Shown here piece after piece: positions 27,021 to 39,700 of a DNA stretch of 64,000 nt. The stretch comes from Eledone cirrhosa. Lineage: Eukaryota. The position numbers and the translations under genes were made by a program. Where the stretch lies: assembly GCA_964016885.1 (NCBI GenBank), contig OZ024742.1:245954001-246018000 (forward strand), written 5' to 3'. Positions within the stretch are counted from its first letter, which is position 1, and every line of letters starts with the position of its first letter. Below the pieces are notes generated by a model. It had not been told where the DNA came from. It searched no databases and was given only the letters and a program-made list of their open reading frames with translations.

Positions 27021-30000
27021 TGATGGATACGGGATAACAGGTTATCGTTATGGCAGTCCACTTAGATGTAGTCCAGTTGGAGTAGTTCTTGTAGTGAATA
27101 GTATTAACGTGTGGCTTAGTTTGACTCAACAAGACGTTTCCATTGTGATACTGCGAGTTCGCGGTGATTTCTATGTAGTTTATACTTGGAGTAATAATAA
27201 TTCAAGAAAGAAGATTGACATGGTTCGCTATACAATAAGGGCTTTATTCACATTGCTGACAATTGTTTCTTTGATCTGGCAGGTCTAGAGTTTGCTATAC
27301 GCCTGATTTTGCGCCAATCAATCTCCAATACTTTGTTTATATGGCATGGTTTTATATACACTTATATAAAAACCATGCCTTATGTATTTTCTTCATTTCA
27401 CCCGCTCCGATGAAATAGACTGGTTATAAACAAAGTATTGGAGATCGATTGGTGCAAAATCAGGCGTATAGCGAACTCTAGACCTGCCAGATCAAAGAAA
27501 CAATTGTCAGCAATGTGAATAAAGCCCTTATTGTATAGCGAACCATGTCAATCTTCTTTCTTGAATTATATATATTGATGTTAAGTTATTGTTCTCAAAA
27601 TAAATAATTTCAAAATCTCATAGACTCGATATTATGTGAGATAATTATGTGAGGTAAAGACTTTACCATGAAAATATAATAGAAAATAAAGGTTTTTACA
27701 TATGATTATGATAGAAAGTTTTTTTAGATATACATAAGCACTTTAAACCTCCTTGTTACCATATTTCTAATGAATGACACTGTCTATGATTTAAAAAATT
27801 TGAAAATAATCAGGAATTTGGAAGAATTTAGAAATATGACTAACTTAATCATTATTAAGCTGGTGTTTGAAATACAAATGTCCCTACATAAAATTATGAT
27901 GAATGTTTTTAGATAAAAATAAACATTAAAAAATATACAGCTTTCATCATCATCATCATATGTGATAGAACCAGGGGTGGTTTCAGGTGGTTGAGTATTG
28001 AAAGGGTTAAAAAAAAAATGAAATGATGACTTCTCGTTAGGTTGAGTTTACCTTGTTGCATCCATTGAAGAAGCTTGGGTCTGAAATGGGATCATTCAAG
28101 AATGACCTGAGCATGTTGGCTCTTAAACCCTTTGGTGGTTCATTGGTCATCTTGACACCTATAATGAAAACAAAACACTGTTGTAGTCATAGAAAGAAGC
28201 CTAGAGAGGTTGAGGAGAAAAAAACGATTGACATGTTCCCAGACCTCATTCGCTTACCAACTGGGGTGGAACTCATCAAATCAGACTAAGGAAACAATGT
28301 TTTCATTGATCTTTCCATTGCTGATACTATCTATTAGTCACAATTCATGGCAGAAAGAGCAATGTGAAATAAAGTCTCTTTCTCAAGGAGATAACACATC
28401 ACCTGGTCCAGGAATCGAACTAGCAACCTCACGATTGTGAACCGAATTCTCTAATCACTAAGCCACACACCTATAATGCAGAGTAAAGCAAATACAAGAA
28501 GGGGAGGAGGGATAACAATGAGAGCGCACTAAGGCAAGACAGGTAACATGTTAAGTAAAGAAATGGCTATAACATTTATAGTAGAAAAGTTGAATGGAGG
28601 AGACAGCAAAATTCAGTGGAAGGATAAAACATTGAGGTTGTTTTGTGAAAATCTTCAGTATTAATCCCAAATATGGATCCTTAATGATAGACCTTAGTAT
28701 AGGTCCCCAGTATGGGTTTTTACTGATAGACCCCAGTTTCAGTCCCTAGTATGGGTATACTAGTAGACCTCAGTATCAGACCCTAGTATGGGTCCACAGT
28801 GAGAGATGCCAGTAAAGATCCCTAGTATGGGACCTCAGAGACAGACCTCAGTGAAGGCCCCTAGTATGTGTCCTCATTGATAGACCTTAGTTTCAGTCCC
28901 TAGTTTCGATCTTCAGTGAAGGTCCCTAGTATAGGTCCTCATTGACAGACCTCAGTGAAGGTCTCTAGTTTAGGTCCTTACTAGTAGACGTCAGTATCAG
29001 TTCCTAGTATGGGTCCACAGTGATAGACTTTAGTGAAGGTACCTAGAATGGGTCCTCACTGATAAACCTCAGTATCAGTCATTAGAAAACCTAGAGATAG
29101 CCATAGAGATAGAGAGAAAGAAAATGAGTGAGAGAGAGAGAAAGAGAGAGTGAGTGAGAGAGAGTGAACGAAAGACGAAGAGAGGGAAAAGAAGAGAGGG
29201 GTAAAGATAGATAGATAGATATGTTTCTTTATTAGCCACAGGGGCACAAAAGAAGGGGACAAATACAAAGGGGGAAGTTTACATACAATAAAAACATGTA
29301 AAATACTATCACAAATGCAATTTAAAAATTAATCGATTTTCCCCAATAGGGGGAGACATTTCATATGGGTAACACATACCTCCGAAAAAATGTGCAACCC
29401 TCATCTCCAGGAGTACGAAGAGTTTGTACCCCTTTCCTCTCTTCCTCTTTTTCCTCAACCTACAGGCTGATATAGAGAGAAGGCCCATTCACTCGGGCCA
29501 TTCTCACCACTTTCACCCACCTTTCATAAAACTTGCTAGGGTACAGCACCTCTCTCTCCATCCTGATTCTTCTGCCAAAGTGGTATTTGAAAAAAAGAAT
29601 CAGTTGTTGGCCGGAGAGAAAGGTGTCTGGCCTCAGCCCTTTTAACCTCGTCCACCATACAACCTCTTTCACCATAGCTATCACACAAAGGAAAACCGCC
29701 TCTCCTTTGTTTTTGAAGGAGGGTGGCAGTTTGATCATGACAATGGACTCGGTGGTCAACCGGATTGGTCCCACCCGCAACGATAGTCATTCTACATAGC
29801 CCCACAGGTCGGTAATGTCCGGGCAGTGTATGAATGCGTGCATGATGGTTTCTTCGTCTCACACGCATCTCGGACAGATCTTTTTCGAAGGGTCCCTGCC
29901 CGGGCGCCCATGTCTGTAGAGCTTGTCTCGAACTGGTAGAGCTCCTAGATAGATAGATAGAGAGAGAGAGAGAAATACCTACCATTTTGCAATATTGAGA

Positions 30001-31188
30001 CTGGAAATTGGTCTGATGGGTAACTAGTCAACCACAGTCGAAAATCCTCATGTGTATCCTCTGGTATGATGATCTGTGTTCACAAAATACACAAGTATAT
30101 GAAGCAATATTTGACAGTTTTACACACACACGCAAACACATGTATGTGTGTGTGTGTGTGAGTGAGTGTGTGTATGTATGTATCGCAGCTCAGTAGTTAC
30201 CGATGATGTTGATCTTTTCTTCTTTTCGGGTTATAGCTACTGTTGCTCAGAGAGTCGGATTCAGTGCACAGCCTTTCCTCACTTTAAAAAAAATCTCCAT
30301 GCACAAGCATTGCACAATAGCATTAATTGATAATTATTAATAATGTTATACCATGCAATGGCCATACTCAACAACAAGGGGGCAGCCATCATGTATGTGC
30401 ATGTACAAGGTCAGTTGAAAAAGTATTTGACTATATTATTTCCCTGTGGGAAGTAATGACGTCAAGGAGACAAACATATGCAGTGCTTTTTGGAAAGCTT
30501 ACTGGATGTGTCAGTTGTTGTCAAGTGGCTAGCATGTGAGGTGCTGTATCACTTTCCCATTGCATTTTCATTTCCTGGATTTCTGACTACTGTGATAAAT
30601 CAAAACGAGGCATGGGTGTACAGGTATGACCCAGAAACCAAAATTGCCAAAGCCCCCAAAAGCCTATCAGGTGTAGAGCAAAATCAAGGTTATGCTAACT
30701 GATTTCTTCAACTATTAAGGTGTTGTTCATTATGAATACTCACCAGAAGGGCAAACAGTAACAAGGAGTCTTACCAAGAAGAGCTCCGATGGCTTTGTGA
30801 TGTAGTTTGGCACAAAAGACCAGATCTGTGGAACTTACAAACTTTGCAGTTGCATCATGACAATGCTCCAGCTCATTCCTACAACTGATTCAAGATTTCT
30901 TGTATCAGCTTAAGACATGACTCCTTCTGACATCTGGTTGTTCCCCCAAATAAAGATGCCACTGAAAAGCTCCTGAATTGAGAGCTGAGAAAACATTATC
31001 ACTTGGACTGTGATGGCAGAGCTAAGAGCCATTTCAGAAGTATTCTAGACATGCTTTAAACAATATAAGAATCACTGGGCTAAGTATGTGGAGGCACAAG
31101 AGGCCTATTTTGAAGGAGATTAGCAACTGAATCCCACCTAGTTGTAATTTCTTTTTCATAGCCTAAGGTCGGATACATTTTCAACAGA

Positions 31189-31235
<47 letters not shown>

Positions 31236-33895
31236 TATAATAGGTGTGTGTATGTATATATTTTTGACTAGTACATTATCAACCCCAGAAGGATGTTAGA
31301 GTGTAATTTGAGAGAGATTTCGCTGTTATTTTTAGGAGGTTGGGTGGTTATGTCATTGACTTGTTTACAGAGAGTGTAGTGTATTGATGTAGGTTTGAAA
31401 AATAATGTCATTGTTGCTGGATAGTACTGATCATCATTATGGTTGCAGACTTTTAGACCAAGTCTCCAATTTGCAAATAACTTCTTTCCTTGAAGTCTTG
31501 AAGGCTTTAAAAAGAGCCATGGATATTGTTCACCATCATCACCATCATCATCGTTTAACATCTATCTTCCATGCTAAACAGTAACTGTACAGGAATTAAT
31601 GAATCCTTTGGCCATAATCTACAAAATCTAAACCGCAGGGATCAATGTTGTTGCCATTATAAAGACAATTAGGAGTTAGGTAGGAGAAATATGGCTGCTG
31701 CCTTGTGTTGGCCAAGAAGCTACATAAATAGTTCCTTACTAGTTAGTGTGGTCCTCTCTATAAGGACAGCAGGGACTTCTCTTTAAAGATTAGGTTGCTA
31801 TACTGTATAAGTAGAGCAATTGCATAACAGTCCACTCAGTGATCAATGTGGTCCACATTATAATGACACTAAGGAATTTGATGAGGAAGATACAGTTACA
31901 ACATTTATGCAGGCTAAAGAACTGGTTTGTGTGGTCCACATTTTAAAGACGGTGGGGAATTTCCTGAGGGAGACAATTGACTACTAATAAAAACAAGTAC
32001 AACTTGTAGATAGTAGCTTCTACAGTGGTTCACTTTAAACTCGCAAACCTTGTACATAGTAGCTTCCACAATGGTTCACTTTAAACTTGCAAACCTCGTA
32101 TATAGTAGCTTCTAAACTGGTTCACTTTAAACCTGCAAAACTTATGTATATGGCAGGGCGATGGACTGGTGGAATTGTTAGCATATTGAATGGGATATCT
32201 TGCAGTAATTGTTCTAGTTCCTTATATTCTGATACCAGTGCCTGAATGAGACTGCTGCCAAGCTGCATATGCTTTTACTTGGACTACATAAGTAAAATGA
32301 AGAATTACATGTTTGGATGGCTAACTGATGGTCTTGTGCAAGCCTGTGTCTTGGAAAGGAACTTTAGATCTATAGTTTCAAGAGACATATGGTGACCCTG
32401 GATATATAGATAACAGTACTGCAACATAGCTAACATTATAATAGCTTTAAATTTTCAACTATACAAAACTGGTCGACTATCTAAGGAGTTATTTAGCCTT
32501 AGGTCAGCTCTGATTGAGCAGAGCTATGATCAAAGGCATGGCACATCATTTAATTTTTTTTAGATATAACATATCTAAGACTCCATTATCGAATGTGCCC
32601 TTCTTTCGGTTGTAGCCGGTCAAGCAACCATACAGAGAATCCCTTGTTATCTCATGTCTAAATTATTTATCAATGAGTGTGTAGTAAAAATAGGAAAGTA
32701 CATACCTCTTCACAGATCTTTTCCAATCTTGGCATCCAGCTGGTAGCTAAATGGCAATTCTGAAGTACAATCCATAATCCAGAAGTTATGCCTTTCGTTA
32801 TCATGTTCTCAGCTATTGGACCCTAAGAAAAAATATGAGGGTAGTTTCGGTAGTAGAAGCTGTAGTCACGATATTAGTGGTAATAGTAGAATTAATAGCA
32901 TGGCTATAACATAAGCCATACAACAAGATGAAGTCTAGTTACAATAATTGATGTGCTAGTACTCACACAACCACCAGTTCAGTTACATACCACCACCACC
33001 ACCACAATCACTACAACCAGTCACACACAACACCACCACCACCAGTTACAAACCACTACCACCACCACCACCATTATCACAAGTCACACACAACACCATT
33101 AGCAATAGTTACACAACCACCATCCCCACCACCAGTTACACACAACACCACACCTACCAGTCATACTACAACTCTACCAGCACCACCACTACCAGTCACA
33201 CAACACCACCAGTCATACTACAACACTACCACCACAAGTTACACAACACCACCACTACTAGTCACACAACATCACTATCACAGGTCATACTATAACACTA
33301 CCACCACCACCGCCAGTCACACAATAACAACACCATCACAAGTCACACACCACCACCACTCACACACCACCACCACCAGTCACACACCACCACCACTCAT
33401 ACACCACCACCACCACTTACGCACCACAGCCACCACCCACACCACCACCACTACTCACACCCCCCACCACCAGTCCAGCACCCAACAATGTTATAGTGAG
33501 ATATTGATGGTGATAAGAAAACACCTACCTGACCTTGTCCAAGAGATATAGTCTGTATTTTTTGTGTGAAGCCTTTGTCTTCCCCAAACTTTAGCAGTGC
33601 AGCCATAGGGTCTGCACCTGGAGACAGGACAAATATGAGTGGGGCACAGCAGTTTGAATCAGCAAAAGAACCTTCAAGGTCAAACGTTGGGGGTTCAATA
33701 TAAGCTGACCCCAGATTGCTTATAATGAAATCTTGCACTTTTGGTACCATTTTGTCAGGGCGCAAACATCGTAGGATGACCATGCATTCCATCTCAGTGC
33801 AAAAGTTAAATGGACTGGGCATCACCAATGTATGTGGAGATGGATCATCATATAAACACTTCCACATGTCTGGATCATCAATGACACCTAAACAA

Positions 33896-33927
<32 letters not shown>

Positions 33928-36713
33928 CAAAGAGGGCGTGGTAAGATACCAGGTGGACCATAACACACCAAAGTACTCGATACTTGGGGTAGTAGCGTGG
34001 GTAATATGAAAAGATTTAGGACCCCGACGGCTGAGCTCCGGCGGTTTCGACAGTTAGATCCAAACTGTTCGGATCTAGCTGTCGAAATGGCCGTAGCTCA
34101 GCCATCAGGGTCCTGATTCTTTTCATATATATATATATACATATATAGAGCTGAATATGGTGGAACTAGAGAAGAAATTCCAAACATGGCAGCAGGGACT
34201 AGAAAGAAGGGGTCTCAAAGTTAACCAGACAAAGACTAAGGTCCTCGTAAGTAGATGAGAAAACAGAACCCCTCAGGGAAATGGCCTTGCTCAGTATGTA
34301 GGAAAGGTGTAGGTAGGAATTCCATCCAGCGCCCCAAATACAAACTATGGGTACACAAGAGATGTAGTGGGATCTCAGGAAGCTTAGTTAAGAATGTAGG
34401 CTTTACATGCAGCAGCTGCACAGGGACAGTAAGCAGCAAATGGCCACAGGAAACAAGCACTGCCAAATTCTAGGAGGGCTCTGTAGAAACAGTAGACAGC
34501 TTCTGCTACCTAGATGATCAAATTAGCAGTGGCTGTGGGTGTTCTGAAAGTACAGTAACCAGAGTAAGAACGGGATGGAAGAAGTTCAGGGAGCTACTGC
34601 CATTGCTAGCTGTAAAAGGCTTTTCCCTTAAAATGAAATGCAGACTGTATGATGCGAGCATACAAACAGCAATGTTACATGGTAGTGAGACCTGGGCGCT
34701 GTGTGTAGAAGACTTGTGTAGATTAGAAAGAAACGAAGCTTGCATGCTCCGATGGATGTGTAATAGTAATGTACGCAAACAGTAAAGCATAAACGAAAGA
34801 CTGAGAGAGAAAGACTGAGCATAAGAGGAATCAAATGCTGTGTGCAGGAGAGGAGGTTGCGTTGGTATGAAGGATGACAGCTGCATAAAAAGGTGCAGAG
34901 CACTAAAAGTCGGTGGAAGCCTTGGAGTGGGGAGACCCAAGAATACCTGGGATGAGGTGATAAAAGCTGACCTTGCCTAATTGCACCTCTCAAAGGCGAT
35001 GACACAGGACCGAGACCTCTGGCGTTATGCAGTAATACAGAAGACCCAGCTTCCCATGGGTACAAGTCGAAGCTGAAGCATATAGACAATATGTCTCCAG
35101 CCCCCTCCCACTGCAAAGTGGTCGTGGAGGTGTCATGACAAAAGCACGCAGCCCACACTGTAGAGTGGTTGTGTAGGCACCATGGTAAAAACGCACCCAG
35201 CACTCACTGTAAATGAGGTTGGTGTTAGGAAGGGCATCCAGCTGTAGAAACCCAGCCAAAATCAGTTCCCATATGAGCAAGACATGGTCACCCAGCCTGG
35301 CATTGCTCACAACAGGACAACCCGTCTAACCCATGCTAGCGTGGAAGAATGGACGTAAGATGATGATGATGATATTTATACATATATATGAAAAGATTCA
35401 GGACCCAACGGCTGAGCTCTGGCCATCATCATCATTTTACGTCCACTTTTCCCTGCTTGCAAAGGTTGGACGGGTCCTATTCAGCACATCATCATCATCA
35501 TCAACGTTTAACGTCTGTGTTCCACGCTTGCATGGGTTTGGACGGGGGTAGTCCCACTTGAGGCAAGAGTGATTGTCTTGCTCGCATAGGACTGTCTGGC
35601 AGGTTTTCTACAGTTGGATGCCCTTCCTAACACCAACCACATTTACAGTGTGGGTCTGGGAGGTTTTTACCGTGTTGCCTACACGGCCACATTACAGCGT
35701 GGACTGTGTGTTTTTTTGTCGTGACACCTACACGATCTCATTTGTTTCGGCCTGGATGGCGCGGCACCAACATAACTTTACATAGAACGGGGTGGTGTGG
35801 ATGGGGTGGGGGTGGTGGTGGTGGGACGGGGTGTATTTTGTTAGAGATGCCTACTGGCTATAGTAGGTTTTACTATGTATTTAGGTAAGGCGGGTCTTCT
35901 CTGTTACTGAGTACCGCCAAAGGTCTCGGTCCAGTGACATTGTCTTGGAGAGGTGTAAGTGTGTGAGGTCGGAGTTTATCAGCTCGTCCCAGGTTTTTCT
36001 AGGTCTGCCTATTCCGTGGCTACCGTCTATCTTTATTGCCCTGCACTTTGTTATACAGCTGTCGTCTTTTTCAAACATTTTTCATGCGCATCACGTGACC
36101 ATACCAACGTAGCCTTCTCTCGAGTAAACAACATCTGATCCCTCTTATTTCTAATTTTTTCCTTAGTTCGTTTATGCTTTGCCGTTCACGTATATTACTG
36201 TTACACATCCAGCGGAGCATGCAAGCTTCGTTCCTCTCTAGTCTGCGTATATCCTCTGCACACAATGCCCAGGTCTCACTGCCATGCAACATTGCTGTTC
36301 GTATGCAGGCATCGTACAACCTGCCTTTCATTTTTAAGGAGAACCCTTTAGCAGCTAATAGTGGTATAAGCTCTCTGAACTTTTTCCAACCAGTTCTGAC
36401 TCTAGCTACAGTACTTTCAGAGCACCCTCCCCCACTGCTGATTTTATCGCCCAGGTAACGGAAGCTGTCCACTATTTCTATAGAACCCTCTGCGCAATTG
36501 AAAGAGCTAAAGCATATATATATGAAAAGATTCAGGACCCCAACGCCTGAGTTGAGTTCTGGCCATTTCAAAAGTTAGATCCGAACTGTCCAAACAGCCG
36601 GAGCTCAGCCGTCGGGTCCTGAATCTTTTCATATTACCCACGCTACTACCCCAAGTATCAAGTACTCTGGTGGGTTTCGGTCCACCTGGTATCTTACCGC
36701 ACCCTATCTGATA

Positions 36714-36772
<59 letters not shown>

Positions 36773-39700
36773 TGAGGGTGCGGAGGTAAAAACCCAACTG
36801 CGATGCCAGGTGATTTTGGTTTGTATTTGGCAAGCTTTTTCAAGTATACCCTTGAAAAGGCTTGCCAAACCCACTTAGTGTCACAGTAGGGTTTTTACCT
36901 TCTTCTATACCCACTCTGCTTCTTCCTATGCATAGAGTACTCCCTTGACTTGTGGTCTCCCTGGTTTCAGCAACGCAGATTTTATATATATACATATGTA
37001 TGTATGGTCCCGTAACTCCTGATAGAGTCATAGGGACACCGTATGTCAATACAGCGTTTCTAGGCCATTTTAAGCCTGGTGGAGCCCCTCCCTCTCCAGG
37101 CCAGAGTACAGCAGATTTCTTCCAGAGAAAAAGAGAAAGTGAGACAGAGGCAACGAGAAAGAGATATAGAGGAAGAATCAACCCCAGTACTAGACTGGTA
37201 CTTTTTTTATCAACCTCGAAAGAATGAAAGGCAAAGTGACCTCGGTGAGATTTGAACTTAGAGAGTAGAGAGCCAGAACAAATACCATAAAACATTCTAA
37301 CCGACGTTCTAACGACTCTGACAATTTGCCTATATATACACATGTTTAGAGTTGCAAACGAGAAAGAAAGTACTCAATACATGTAATAGAATATATTTAG
37401 TTGTATAATGATGATGATTCATTGTAAACTACTCAGAATTTTGTATATGCTTATTCAAGTTTTTATTAGGATAAATAATGAAAAGCAAGATAGCAGATAA
37501 AACTGTTACTGGTTTCTGTCTCTCCTTGCTTGGTACAGGTCAGTGAGTGAGCTTTAGTGTCCTTCATTGGTATTGTTTATAAATCAAGAGGAGCTAATCT
37601 ATATTGTTCAATTTTGAAACATTCAAGGAGTTGGGTGTCACTCTTGAGTGTTAGTGATTGAAAAATATTTTGCAATTTTAATGAATATTATAATCCCTTC
37701 TAAAACCATCTCAATGACCACCTGATACATCTTAAACAACAATCTAGACATTACAACACACAAGCTTCTGTTGGACAACATAACTAAACATTGAAGACCA
37801 CATGGAGCACTTTGCCATATGAACACTCTATATCATGGTTAACCCTTTAGCATTTAAACCGGCCATATCCAGCCAGAATTCTCTCCCCTCTTTCTGTTCA
37901 AACCGGTTGTAACCAGTCACTCATACTGATGTTAAGGTATTATTCTCAAAATAAATAATATCAAAATCTTATAGAATCAATATTGTGTGAGATAATTATG
38001 TGAGGTAAAGCCTTTACCGTGAGAATATAATAGTAAATACAGAGTAATGTAAATGCATCAGGGTTAAAGACCACAAGGAAAATGTTCAATCGTACCCTAA
38101 AATGTAGACTAATACATTCCTCCAGAATCAGTAAAAGAATAATTGACTTCATCAACCTCAAAATTATAAACACCATCAATGGAATTGCAGTGCTACAGAC
38201 AATCTTTTCTCCCGCAGGCATCATCTGATTTCTCTTATGCTTAGTTTTTCTCACATCTCCTCTACAATTCATCTTTTATGCACTCTAGCACTATATCATC
38301 AGATATATAGTACTCTTCAATGTTGCTTATAGAAGTAACTTTACTTCACCAAGGTACCTATTTATAACTAGACTGAACTAATGAGATGCCTGAGTAGATA
38401 AACTATTGGATTATTTGCTAAATAGTCACCATCATCATCATCATTTAACGTCCACTTTCCTTGCTAGCAAGAGATGGACAAGTCTTCACAGAGCAAGTCA
38501 GTACTGAAGTGGGGCTACCTCCCAGACAGACCACAGATACAGAAGCATGCTTGATTCAACTTGTCCAGTCCTTACATATCCTGTACAATTGCCCATGTCT
38601 CACAGAGATATAGATAAAATGTCATCATCTTCATCATCAGTCATATTCACATTTTACATCTGTTTTTTAACCTATCATGGGTCCACTGATGGATATTTGC
38701 ATGAGGTAATTAAATTTAATTGATTAATTAATTCTTACTTACTCTGCATTAAATCTTCAAGGGTCGGCAAATTTGATGCCCTCACGATTTCTGCCCAACT
38801 CTTATCAGTCAACCATTCAGGAGCTGGGTTAGTGTATGGGTTGTCCAGAGCCAAACCCCCAGTTAATAGAAAACGCCAAACATCCTCATCAACATTTCCA
38901 CTGGAAATGAAAAGACAGTATATGTTACAACTTAGGGAACATGAAAACAGTTGATCACAAACACATCTTGAGTGTAGAATATGGGTATTGACAGAGAATA
39001 GATAGAATTCAGATCACTCAAACTGAAAATGCCATTTATGGTGTTGTCATTTTTTGTGGAATAATCTTATAGACAAATACTATATTCAATTAGTGGTGGA
39101 TGTTCCATGACACCTCAGAAAAGCATTAATGTTATAATTTCTCATATCTTCCAACTCCATTGTCCAAAAAAAACTAATCCTCCCCAACCTCCAAACAGAA
39201 AAAAACAAAACAAAAAAAAACAACAAACAAACAAACACCACCCCCATCAAAGTTCATTTTGATTTTGTTTTATTTACTCCATCTTGTCATTGTCAATTTA
39301 TGTTTGTTTTCTATGCTCGCATGGATTAGATGTGTTTTCATGGTCTGAGGCTTGACTGGTCAAGGAACCATATCTGGATCATATGTTCCCTCTTTGGCAT
39401 GGTTTCTGTAGCTGCTTGCTCTTCCTAACACAAACCATGTGAGCTTTGACAATTAAATAACCATCTGGTTACTAAACTAATCGAGGAATGGATTAGTTAC
39501 GTGACTAACTATAAAACTGAAGTGAAACTTAACTGGTGCATGTGTTTTTATTGGTAGCCTGACCCTCTCAAAGTATGCATGGTCCTGTAACTCCCGAGGG
39601 AGTTGTAGGAGTGCTGTGTAGGCATACAGTGTTTCTAGGGTATTTTAAAACCTGGTGGAGCCCATCTCCTCTCCAGGTCTGAACACAGCAGATTTCTTCA

